Part shown: one piece after another, positions 49,707-58,380 of the stretch
Layout of the letters: each line of letters begins with the position of its first letter
How positions within the stretch are numbered: position 1 is the first letter of the stretch
Source: an uncultured Clostridia bacterium
GTDB taxonomy: Bacteria > Bacillota > Clostridia > Christensenellales > UBA1242
NCBI GenBank assembly: GCA_947593585.1
Contig: CANQDP010000006.1
Coordinates: 1,675-65,674 of the forward strand
Direction of reading: 5' to 3'
Length of the DNA: 64,000 nucleotides
Notes under the pieces: model-generated
The model's input: only the letters and a program-made list of their open reading frames with translations
Told to the model about the DNA's origin: nothing
Databases searched by the model: none
Position numbers and translations under genes: made by a program

Positions 49707-51101
49707 TTATTTTGAAATCCTTTCAATGATATCTCTTGCAGAAACAAGGCCTGTGGCAGCCGCCACCACAATGTTTCCTGCCTTGCCTGCTCCATCGCCG
49801 ATGAAATATATGTTTTTATCCTTGGCTTTGAAATGATTATCCGTTTCAATTTCGTTGCTAAAGAACTTGATTTCTGGGCCATAAAGTAAGGTTTCGTCAT
49901 TGTTCACGCCCGGAATGATTTTATCCAACTCTTCAAGCCCTTCCAATATGTTGGTGATAATCCTATATGGAAGCACGAGAGCCAAATCGCCAGCCACACA
50001 GTCCTTCAAAGTTGGCTCGATAAAGCCTTTTTCTATCCTATGCCACTCACTTCGCCTACCGCCACGCAAATCTTTAAGGGTTTGAATTATTGGCTTGTTA
50101 TCTCCCAAAACATTGGCAATTCTTGCGATTGATTCGCCATACTGCCTGGTATTAGTTACCGGCTGAGTTAGCGTAACTTTGCTTATGAAGGCAAAATTGG
50201 AGTTGCTTGATTTCACATTTTTTAGTGCGTGTCCATTCACACATATATAGCCATAATAGTTTTCTTTAGTTACATAACCTCCCGGATTTGTGCAGAAAGT
50301 GCGGATTTCATCGCCATAAGTTTTAGTTTTAATGAATATTGTTGGGTCGTAGATAATGTCTGTGATGCTCTGCAAAATTTCTTTCCTAACCTCAACCCTA
50401 ACGCCAATTTCAATGCTTTGGCTGCAATATGGAATTTTGTGCCTATCGAGCAATGCCTGCACCCAACCGGCACCCGTCCTCCCCGGAGCAACTATCACAT
50501 ATTTGGCACGCATCGATAGATTTTTGCCGTTTTGGATGTATGTAACTGTGTTGCCATCTTTATCGTCAACAATGTCGTCAACCTCTCCGCTCTCAATTAT
50601 TGTTACGCCATGTTGCTCTAAAAAAGAGGTGAAATTTTCAATATATTTAGGGAGAGCATCGCTGCCCAAGTGTTTTTGCTTAATCAAAAGAAGCCTTGCC
50701 CCTTTAAGAGTGATTTCTTTTTGAATTTCTTTGCTTCTGGCATCGTCTTTTGGATAGACTTCTGCGTCCATGCCAAATTTGTTGAAAACCTCTTCCGTTT
50801 CATCAATTAGTTTATATGCTTCGCTTTCGGACATATATTTAAACAAATCGCTTTTGCCAAGTTTTGGAATATAGTTTAATTTGCCATCACTGAATGTGCC
50901 CGCCCCACCAAAGCCAGATAGGATTTGGCAAGGTTTGCAGTTTACGCATTTGCCCGTCCTTTTCATTGGACAATCACGGCTCTGAGCCCGCTTGCCCTTA
51001 TCTATTAAGCAAATCTTTAAACCCTTCTTCTTAGACACCAATTCATATGCTGCAAACAGCCCTGCTGGGCCTGCTCCCACAATAACCACATCAAAATCCA
51101 T
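49707..51101 (-). CDS. FAD-dependent oxidoreductase (COG2509-like NAD(FAD)-utilizing dehydrogenase)
   Basis: MDFDVVIVGAGPAGLFAA dinucleotide-binding start and a C-terminal GDGAGKAGNIVVAAATG. Confidence 0.7.
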   Translation of the reverse strand: MDFDVVIVGAGPAGLFAAYELVSKKKGLKICLIDKGKRAQSRDCPMKRTGKCVNCKPCQILSGFGGAGTFSDGKLNYIPKLGKSDLFKYMSESEAYKLIDETEEVFNKFGMDAEVYPKDDARSKEIQKEITLKGARLLLIKQKHLGSDALPKYIENFTSFLEQHGVTIIESGEVDDIVDDKDGNTVTYIQNGKNLSMRAKYVIVAPGRTGAGWVQALLDRHKIPYCSQSIEIGVRVEVRKEILQSITDIIYDPTIFIKTKTYGDEIRTFCTNPGGYVTKENYYGYICVNGHALKNVKSSNSNFAFISKVTLTQPVTNTRQYGESIARIANVLGDNKPIIQTLKDLRGGRRSEWHRIEKGFIEPTLKDCVAGDLALVLPYRIITNILEGLEELDKIIPGVNNDETLLYGPEIKFFSNEIETDNHFKAKDKNIYFIGDGAGKAGNIVVAAATGLVSARDIIERISK

Positions 51102-51211
51102 ATGCCCTCCTCATTTGCGTCTGTGCCATCAAATTAACAAACACGAGTATTATAGCATAAATTTCAACAAAAAGCCAACATAAAGAGAAAAAACCACTAA
51201 AATTTTGAGAT

Positions 51212-54200
51212 TTACCACTTTTTGCGTTTTTTCCTCAAAACTATAAAGATTGTCCACGCTGTGAGCAAAATTACCACAGGAAGAGCCACAGCAGCCCAAA
51301 TTAAGCCGTTTGAACTCACGGAATTATCCGTTTCGCCTGCCACTTGCTCGTCAATTATAATTTCAAACTCTAATTTTTCAATGTTATAATTGCCGCCAAC
51401 ATACAGTGCCGTGGCATGCATAACATTTGGCGAAATCTCTTTTAGAGAGGCTTCATCCCACACAAAACCATCAGGCAATTTTACTTCGGTCAAACTGCTA
51501 AACTTATGATTGATGTGGAGAGTGGTGTCGATATTCACATTATTAGACTTCTTAATTTCAAAATTCCCACTTATACTGCCAGAATAGTTGTTTATGCCTA
51601 AAATATTTATTGTGGCCGTGCCGGCATTAATGTTGTTGTCGTAAGATAGTGTATAATCTCTATTTTCTTGAAGCAGTGTTTCGCCATCCTTTAAAGACAC
51701 ATGTGGCTGAATTGGCTGACTAGAGAAGGTGAAATCATCACCCACAACTGTGAATGAAAAGCCTGATAAGTTTTTAGGCAAAATCTTAAATTTTGACTTT
51801 GCTTCTGCCCCATTATAGTTTTTAGACGGCTCAATTCTTGCCAAAATCCAAAATTCGCCCGCATTTGACGGCTTAACTTGCGTGAAATTGCCATTTGCTT
51901 CAGCGGAGTATAAATAAGTTATTTCAGCCTGTTCTTCCTGACCCTGAACATTCGGCTCCGGCAGAATGCTATAGCCATAAGTCCAGTTAGATAATGAAAC
52001 CTCGAAGTTTTTCCTTTCCGCTTTTTCTATGGTGAAATAAAGAATTTTTGAGCCGGTGAAATTGTTAATGCCTGACACTGTTGCTATTGCCTGCCCCGCA
52101 CTCTTGTTATTGAAATATTCCACATTGAAATCGTTGCCTTTTATTAGCGTTATAGTTTCATAGCTTGCTATAACATTTGGCATTTTATCTTGACCATCAT
52201 AGACAAACGAGGTTTCAGCTAGTTTAATATCGGCTAAACCAATATCCTTTTTCTCACCCAAAGTTTCTCGGATGATTGTGATTGTCATTTTTGTGTTGAC
52301 ATAATTAGCCGAATCCGACGAAACATAGATGGCTGTGGCTTGGAAATTATCGCCAACTATTTCTTGGCTTTGCGTTGCCCAAGACCACCCGTCGCAATCA
52401 AGCGGAATTTTATTAATATTTGTGATGTCTGCGCTCACTTTAATTGTGCTTTTTGGTCGATTTGCTGGCCATTGTGCTTTTTTAATTTGAAATTCTTTGG
52501 TTGCTTGCCCTGTATACTGCCCGACGCCAGACACGATAACTGTTGCCGTGCCGACATTTGTGTTGCTTAGGCAACTTAAATTATAGTCTTCACCCTCATT
52601 TAATAGGTGCCCCTTGCAAATAACTTGCACTTTTGGCACAATTTGCGAGCCTGTGTAGGAATATTTGCCCTCAATCGTGATTGTGGCGGGCGAAATATCC
52701 AATTCTGCAGGTTGGATTGTGTTATATTTATAGATATGAACGCTGGAAGTTATAGTTTGATAGAAGTTTGCATCTTTGCCAATGTATTTAAGCTGATAAC
52801 TAAAATCTGACAATCCCGTTTTGATTTCGACATTATCTTGCCACTCCCAGCCCTCAGGAAGCGGAATTTGACTAAGGCGGGTTATATTATTATAGACCTC
52901 AATAGTTTCGGTGATAACCCCCGGCGGATATTTAGGTTTTGCCACTTCAAAAGTTTCAATTCTCTCTCCGCAATATTGATTTATTCCTGTGATTTTCACT
53001 GTGGCTTGCCCCGGATTTATGTTTTGCGAGAAATCGACCGTGTAATCTTCATCTTCTAGCAAAACATTGTTGCCAAAAGCCACCGTTATTTCTGGCACAA
53101 CAGATGCATCTCTATCATAATAAATAAATCGGCTAGATAGCTCCACTCTTGCATATTTCAAATCGTTTTTTACGCTCGTTTCTCTTGGAACAATATTTGT
53201 GATGGCTCTTAACCTTACGCATTCGCCCGTGCCACTATCAGCATAAGGTCCACGCACGCTTTTTAAGCTCGTCCACACGCCATTATATTTGCGATAGGTC
53301 ATATCATTAACAGAATCGCCATAGTCAACGGCGCAAACTGGAAATAAAGGCTGCCCAGAGGCGTCTTGACCACTTATGACAATTGAAAAATATTCACCTT
53401 GCTCAAGATTTATTGGCTGGTCTAGGTCAATTGTGTAAAACCCATCATCTTTAAGATAAACATTGCTTTTTTCTGCAAGCAATTTGCCAGAATCTGGGAT
53501 GTTGACAGGGTCATTCACATTGCCTTGATTTATATTGTCAAGCTCAAACACCTTAATATTAGCGGTTACGTTCTCATTCCTCACACCAAAAGAGACGGCT
53601 GTAAGTTGCTCTTGCTCGGTGGTGCTGGACAATTTTGCTTCATAAATCGCGCCATGAGCCTCAGAGTAATATTGATTGACATCAGAAGATATTTGACCAT
53701 CATAATAATAAATATTTTGATAATCTTCTCTCAAACCCATTTCAACAACATAAAAATTTCTGCTTAGATAGGATTCATAAGAAAGATATAAACAATCCGT
53801 GCCATTAACATCGTTATTGTTTGGACCCCAACTATTTTTAACAATCCACGCTCCATCTGTGCTGGGTTGCTGTGGCCAAAACAAGCCTTTTTTAATTGAG
53901 TCATCCCAGCCAATTATTAGCGATGCATGGCCAAGAGAAGTGCCGTCTTCATAATAAAGGTATTTTTGAGTGGTAGTTTGAGGTGCTTTATATTCCATTG
54001 TAACCGAGCCATACTCTAAAATTGCGCGCTTTATTGCATCTGCCGTGTGGTTAACTTGCTTAAAGCCCTTAACAAAATATTTAGACTGAGAAACCTTTTG
54101 CTTAATATACCAATCATACGCACTATCGGACATTATCGCTTGGTCAACAGGAGAAAATCCCTGCGACATTGCCATAAACGCATCGTCTGCATGCCCGCCA

Positions 54201-54664
54201 CGCGCACGCCAATTTTCTTCGCTATATGTATCGTTAGTTGTGAGATAAAGTGGATCATTTTCGCCATCGCGGTTATAACGAACATAAGCAGCCACCACTT
54301 CGTCTAAATCAAGAGTGTCTTTATTAACAGTTGGGTCAACATTATCACGCAAGATATTCGCTTCGACCGCTCCCATGGCGGCATAAGCCCAACATATTCC
54401 TAGCCCACCCTGATTTCTTTCAGGCGTGATGTAGTTATAAAGACGTCCGTCAAAACTAGATAAATTAACCCACGCATCGAGTTGAGCAGACGAAGCCGTT
54501 TGAAGGGCTTCTAAATCTTGCGGTGCTTCGCTTGAAACCTCTTCTTGGCTTGGCTCGGCAAGCACAACTTGCGTTGGGCGATTTGTAAACAAAAAACTTA
54601 CGCCAAGCGCAAGCAACAGCGTTTGAAGGAAAACTACAAATGATAGAATTCGTTTTCTTGTCAT
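51212..54664 (-). CDS. Large membrane-anchored surface protein: papain-like (C1) cysteine peptidase followed by alternating repeat domains
   Basis: Signal-like MTRKRILSFVVFLQTLLLALGV. Peptidase triad context QGGLGICWAYAAMGA (Cys codon rc 54392-54394), GHASLIIGWDD and WIVKNSWG. Then at least 4 copies of a DY-x-(V/L)-x(5)-N-x-G-x-A-x-(V/I)-x-(V/I)-x-G-(I/V)-x(2)-(Y/F)-x-G...F-x-I module alternate with 3 copies of an LP-x-GW-x-W module. C-terminal TM plus RKKRKKW, with no LPXTG. The start is uncertain (ATG 54664 vs TTG 54700; no clear RBS). Confidence 0.8.
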   Translation of the reverse strand: MTRKRILSFVVFLQTLLLALGVSFLFTNRPTQVVLAEPSQEEVSSEAPQDLEALQTASSAQLDAWVNLSSFDGRLYNYITPERNQGGLGICWAYAAMGAVEANILRDNVDPTVNKDTLDLDEVVAAYVRYNRDGENDPLYLTTNDTYSEENWRARGGHADDAFMAMSQGFSPVDQAIMSDSAYDWYIKQKVSQSKYFVKGFKQVNHTADAIKRAILEYGSVTMEYKAPQTTTQKYLYYEDGTSLGHASLIIGWDDSIKKGLFWPQQPSTDGAWIVKNSWGPNNNDVNGTDCLYLSYESYLSRNFYVVEMGLREDYQNIYYYDGQISSDVNQYYSEAHGAIYEAKLSSTTEQEQLTAVSFGVRNENVTANIKVFELDNINQGNVNDPVNIPDSGKLLAEKSNVYLKDDGFYTIDLDQPINLEQGEYFSIVISGQDASGQPLFPVCAVDYGDSVNDMTYRKYNGVWTSLKSVRGPYADSGTGECVRLRAITNIVPRETSVKNDLKYARVELSSRFIYYDRDASVVPEITVAFGNNVLLEDEDYTVDFSQNINPGQATVKITGINQYCGERIETFEVAKPKYPPGVITETIEVYNNITRLSQIPLPEGWEWQDNVEIKTGLSDFSYQLKYIGKDANFYQTITSSVHIYKYNTIQPAELDISPATITIEGKYSYTGSQIVPKVQVICKGHLLNEGEDYNLSCLSNTNVGTATVIVSGVGQYTGQATKEFQIKKAQWPANRPKSTIKVSADITNINKIPLDCDGWSWATQSQEIVGDNFQATAIYVSSDSANYVNTKMTITIIRETLGEKKDIGLADIKLAETSFVYDGQDKMPNVIASYETITLIKGNDFNVEYFNNKSAGQAIATVSGINNFTGSKILYFTIEKAERKNFEVSLSNWTYGYSILPEPNVQGQEEQAEITYLYSAEANGNFTQVKPSNAGEFWILARIEPSKNYNGAEAKSKFKILPKNLSGFSFTVVGDDFTFSSQPIQPHVSLKDGETLLQENRDYTLSYDNNINAGTATINILGINNYSGSISGNFEIKKSNNVNIDTTLHINHKFSSLTEVKLPDGFVWDEASLKEISPNVMHATALYVGGNYNIEKLEFEIIIDEQVAGETDNSVSSNGLIWAAVALPVVILLTAWTIFIVLRKKRKKW

Positions 54665-54721
54665 CAAACTTATTTTACTAATTATATTGACGAAAGTCAA
54701 GGCAAATGGCTTATTTTGAGA

Positions 54722-55306
54722 TTAAAACTCTTTAATTATTTGCAAAACTTCCGCTTCGCCTTCAATAAGAAGTTCGGGCTCAACAAAATCGGTTTTCTCT
54801 TGCCAATAGTCTTGAGCCATTTGGAATTTTGAATTCATGCTCTGGGTGTTTCTTAGCATCAGGTTGCCCTCTGCTTTAAAAATATTGCCCTTCACCCTCA
54901 ATTTCACGATTTGCAAAGGAGTTGTGCCGTTTAGCCTATTCATCCTTTTCAAATTGTTTGCCCAATTTTCAGCCTGCTCTAATGTTTCGCACGCATATAG
55001 GCATTTAAAACGCGAGGGTCTTTTTGCAAAAAACTTTGCTCTAACCGTTTCAAGCGCATATTCGCGGGTGATTAGGCAGGTTTCATACACATAACGCTTA
55101 ATTTCATTAAATTCGTCTTGCGAAATGCTATTTAAACTATGGATCATAACAAATTGATTGACATCTTCGCCCTTTATTTTAAACTCCAAACTATTAATTC
55201 TTTCACCAAAACGATTTAGCGCCTTGCCAAATTGAAGATGTTGACCCACAGACAATTTGTTGTGGCTCACCACATGAAACACAATCTTTTCTTTTTCAGC
55301 AATCAT
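54722..55306 (-). CDS. Hypothetical protein (194 aa)
   Basis: Clean ORF between the GNAT gene and the peptidase gene. Soluble, no family recognised. Confidence 0.45.
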   Translation of the reverse strand: MIAEKEKIVFHVVSHNKLSVGQHLQFGKALNRFGERINSLEFKIKGEDVNQFVMIHSLNSISQDEFNEIKRYVYETCLITREYALETVRAKFFAKRPSRFKCLYACETLEQAENWANNLKRMNRLNGTTPLQIVKLRVKGNIFKAEGNLMLRNTQSMNSKFQMAQDYWQEKTDFVEPELLIEGEAEVLQIIKEF

Positions 55307-55315
55307 ACAAACCCC

Positions 55316-55852
55316 TTAATTAAATGATAATTCGTAGTAGTCCTCTACAAACTCTTTGCCGTCCCATGCCCTAAGGCGATTTTCTGAATGAGAGAAAACA
55401 AAACCACAAGATTTTTGCATGCGAGCGGACGGAATGTTTTCACGAAAGCAACTACAAATCATCTTTTTGGCTTTTAATTCGTTTTTGGCAAAATCTATCA
55501 GTGTCATTAAAATTTGCTTGCCATACCCCTTGCCAACAAATTGCCTGCCCAACCCTATGCCGCAATTCTCAAAAACACCAGGCTCAATTTCCGCTATGCC
55601 TGCTATGCCAATGGCTTTGCCCGTGCTCTTTTCACGCACAAAATAGGCAAAACGAGTTTGCTGGAATTTTATAATATTTTTAAGAGCGATTTTGGCTTCA
55701 TCTAGATTTTTGCAAGGTTTCCAGAGCATATATTTTGCAGTGTCCTCTTGCGACCAAAAATTGACAAAAATGTCATTCAAATCGCTCATTTTTGCCTTAG
55801 ATAATATCAAATCTTTCGTTTCCAAAACTTGCTTTTGCATTTTCAAATTCAT
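55316..55852 (-). CDS. GNAT-family N-acetyltransferase (RimJ/RimL-like)
   Basis: ETKDLILSKAKMSDL start typical of RimJ/L-type GNATs and the GRQFVGKGYGKQ CoA motif. The start is uncertain (55852, 55840 or TTG 55882). Confidence 0.7.
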   Translation of the reverse strand: MNLKMQKQVLETKDLILSKAKMSDLNDIFVNFWSQEDTAKYMLWKPCKNLDEAKIALKNIIKFQQTRFAYFVREKSTGKAIGIAGIAEIEPGVFENCGIGLGRQFVGKGYGKQILMTLIDFAKNELKAKKMICSCFRENIPSARMQKSCGFVFSHSENRLRAWDGKEFVEDYYELSFN

Positions 55853-55943
55853 TTTAGCACATGGGTGGACATAAGTCAACAACTCGAAAAAGATTTGAAA
55901 TGTGAAAATTTTGTGTTATAATAAAAACTAATAAAAGGACGAT

Positions 55944-56386
55944 ATGAAAGTTAGATTTGCAAAGAAAACTGAATTAAAAGATATCTCTAACCTTAACTCA
56001 ATTTTTGTTAAGGAAAATTGTTGCAACAACATTGTGGCAGATAGCGAAGAATATTATGCCAATAAAAAAATTTTGGTTGCTGTTGGAGATAACAAAATCA
56101 TTGGATACGCTTATGGCGATTTTTCTAAAGAAACTAGCACAAGGAGTTACGCAAAAGCTAATGACAAATTTTTGAGTTGGAAGAAATGTATGTTTTGCCA
56201 AAATTTAGAAATTTAGGTGTTGGGCAAAAACTTTTTAAACAAATTGAAAAGTATGCTCAACTTAACGGAGCAAAAACTTTGCGTTTAAACGCTGTTTCTA
56301 AAAATTACAAATCATTGCTAAACTTTTATATTGATATTTTGGGCATGGAATTTATTAGTGCCTATTTAATTAAAAAATTAGATTAG
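55944..56386 (+). pseudogene. GNAT-family acetyltransferase interrupted by a frameshift at a T5 run
   Basis: ORF 55944-56216 carries the N-terminal half. The +2 frame from about 56174 continues ELEEMYVLPKFRNLGVGQKLF (GNAT motif A) to 56386. The frames join if the T5 run at 56169-56173 were T6. Confidence 0.7.
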
Positions 56387-56536
56387 ATTGACACCCTTTG
56401 ACCTCAAAAGATAGTTTTGAACGGAATTTTGAGTTTTAGATTTCGGCGTTTTTTCTATTAAATCTCACATATTTTTTACACTTTTTTTACACTTTTTAAA
56501 AAATATGCCTTTTCTTAACAACTGCCACAAAAGAAA

Positions 56537-56582
56537 AAAACTCGCTAAAATGCCCTATAAAATAGGTGTTTTAACGAGTTTT
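56537..56582. terminator. Long imperfect hairpin between the GNAT pseudogene and the tRNA fragment
   Basis: aaaactcgctaaaa ... ttttaacgagtttt (one mismatch) with the inner stem cctat-aaa-atagg. Confidence 0.4.
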
Positions 56583-56587
56583 AAAAG

Positions 56588-56632
56588 TGGAGCTACTGGC
56601 GGGAATCGGACCCGCGACCCCCACCTTACCAA
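56588..56632 (-). pseudogene. 3' half of a tRNA-Thr(GGU) gene (anticodon loop to CCA); probable attachment-site remnant
   Basis: The minus strand reads TTGGTAA (loop with GGT anticodon), GGTGG, GGGTC, GCGGG-TCCGATT-CCCGC (T arm), CAGTAGC-T-CCA. No complementary 5' acceptor or D arm lies upstream. T-loop position 55 is C rather than T. Confidence 0.6.
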
Positions 56633-56715
56633 GACAAAAACACAATAACAAAGGGTTGTGTTCTATGCTTATAAATATACCATAATCAAAGCGATTTGGC
56701 AATCAACTTGAAAAA

Positions 56716-56758
56716 GTGTTGTCAAAAAATTGAAAATATTGACAACAGTTGACAACAA
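56716..56758. repeat. Three copies of TTGACAACA (one inverted, two tandem direct)
   Basis: gtgttgtcaa at 56716-56725 (inverted). ttgacaacag at 56739-56748 and ttgacaacaa at 56749-56758 (tandem). They lie about 100 bp inside the putative left end of the element. Confidence 0.6.
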
Positions 56759-56932
56759 TTATGCCATTTTGAGTGAACTAAAACGATGTTGAACTGCCTA
56801 AAACTATGTAATTCTTTTTAGATTTTACATATAAACATTTCTTTTCTCATTTTAGAAAAATTTAGGAATTTCGATACAAATTTTGCTTGTTTATGCTATT
56901 ATATAGACATAGGTTAAAAAGTGAGGTGTAAA

Positions 56933-57205
56933 ATGGACAATCAAGAATTGTTGAAATTTGCAGACAAAATTAAAACTAAATTCTTTTATAGATTAAAAGA
57001 TGAAACTCAGCCAGCAAAGAAAGAATTTTCATATATTGATTTATTAGGCATTTTGGATGAAGTTTACGCAGAAAGCAACATAACCAAACAAGACATTGAA
57101 AAATATGATAAGGAAAAACAAGAAGAAGCGCTGAACGAATTAGAGCCAATTTTTAAAGAAACATTTGGAAAGGCGTATGTGACAAAAAAAAGAAATGAAG
57201 CTTAA
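56933..57205 (+). CDS. Small acidic hypothetical protein (90 aa)
   Basis: ATG at 56933 has GAGGTG 4 nt upstream. Lys/Glu/Asp-rich and helical-looking. It lies 40 nt upstream of the deaminase-fold gene. Confidence 0.5.
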   Translation: MDNQELLKFADKIKTKFFYRLKDETQPAKKEFSYIDLLGILDEVYAESNITKQDIEKYDKEKQEEALNELEPIFKETFGKAYVTKKRNEA

Positions 57206-57244
57206 TATCCGCCAAGAAAACAATAAATACAAAGGAGATTTGAG

Positions 57245-58168
57245 ATGTTAAAAACAGAAGCGTATAGTTATTTAGAATATATCAAAAGGCAGCCAAAGAC
57301 GGACATTCACAATCACGCGCTATCTTCGTGCAGATTTCAATTTTTAAAACAAAATGGTGTAAACTTGCCCGACAACTACAAAATGAACGGAATTGCAAGC
57401 CTTATAGATTTCAGCCGCAAATATCTTACACCTTTGGAAAATGAAATAAGCACATTAAAACTTCTGCTCGAAGGTAATTTTTTAAATTGTATTGAAACGG
57501 GCGTGAAAATTGTTTGTCCTTCGATTGACTATAAAATTTGTTTAAGGACTTTTTATGGTGATGTGCAGACCTTTATATCTTTTTTGCAACAATTTCAATA
57601 TGATAATTTAAAAATATTGTGGGATTTGTCTATCAGCCGAGATAGTTTTGTTGAAGAACACAGACAACTATTCCTTGACCTTTTACAAACAAAGTTTTTT
57701 AGTGGAATAGATTTGGCATCAACTGAAAATATAAAGCCAAATTCAACTTTCGTCGAATTTTATAAAATTGCAAATGATTTGAATATGATAACAAAGGTCC
57801 ACGCAGGAGAAATGCTCGGGCCAGATTATATAAAACAATGTATTTTAGATTTTAATCCAAAACATATTCAACATGGCATTTCGGTTATTAAAGATAAAGA
57901 GGTTATGCAACTTGCCAAAGACAGAAATATTGTTTTTAATGTTTGTCCATCAAGCAATGTGTGTTTAGGATATGCCAAGAATATGAAAAGCCACCCAATT
58001 AGGAAAATGGTGGACAATGGATTGAATATAACGCTTTCTACGGATGATTTGTTGTTTTTTGACAGCGATATCAACGAAGAATATAATAAATTGTTTGTAA
58101 ATGGAACGCTAACATTTGAGGAACTTGAAAAAATAAGAAATTTTGGACTCGAAATTTTTAAGAAATAA
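57245..58168 (+). CDS. Adenosine/AMP-deaminase-family metallo-hydrolase (compact, 307 aa)
   Basis: AAGGAG RBS 7 nt upstream. All ADA signature elements are present in order: PKTDIHNHA (HxH, 57308-57316), GIDLASTEN, KVHAGE (57800-57811), IQHGIS, NVCPSSN and TLSTDDLLFF (58040-58048). Confidence 0.8.
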   Translation: MLKTEAYSYLEYIKRQPKTDIHNHALSSCRFQFLKQNGVNLPDNYKMNGIASLIDFSRKYLTPLENEISTLKLLLEGNFLNCIETGVKIVCPSIDYKICLRTFYGDVQTFISFLQQFQYDNLKILWDLSISRDSFVEEHRQLFLDLLQTKFFSGIDLASTENIKPNSTFVEFYKIANDLNMITKVHAGEMLGPDYIKQCILDFNPKHIQHGISVIKDKEVMQLAKDRNIVFNVCPSSNVCLGYAKNMKSHPIRKMVDNGLNITLSTDDLLFFDSDINEEYNKLFVNGTLTFEELEKIRNFGLEIFKK

Positions 58169-58289
58169 AGGATCGTGCACTATAACACAATGAATATTTG
58201 TAGAGAATTGTATTTACATAGTCTAATGTGAGTAAAAGTGTCGTCCAAAATGAGATTTCTTGTTGTATAATAGTGGCAGGAGGTCGAAA

Positions 58290-58352
58290 ATGAAATTTAG
58301 CGAAAAATTAAAAAAGTTGAGAAAAGACAACAATATGAATTTATTAGACTAA
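58290..58352 (+). pseudogene. 20-codon stub resembling the N-terminus of an XRE-family HTH regulator
   Basis: GGAGG RBS, then MKFSEKLKKLRKDNNMNLLD and a stop. XRE regulators typically begin MxxxxxLKxLRxxxxxTQEELA. A hairpin follows directly at 58353-58379. Confidence 0.4.
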
Positions 58353-58380
58353 AAAAGGAACTTGTTGTTAGTTCCTTTTT

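Noticed and set aside
49703-49900. N-terminal 66-residue extension of the engB ORF (track ORF 49121-49900)
   Set aside because: The extension overlaps the 3' end of the FAD-oxidoreductase gene in another frame. The conserved EngB sequence begins at MRFINAKF (ATG 49702), 5 nt after that gene's stop.
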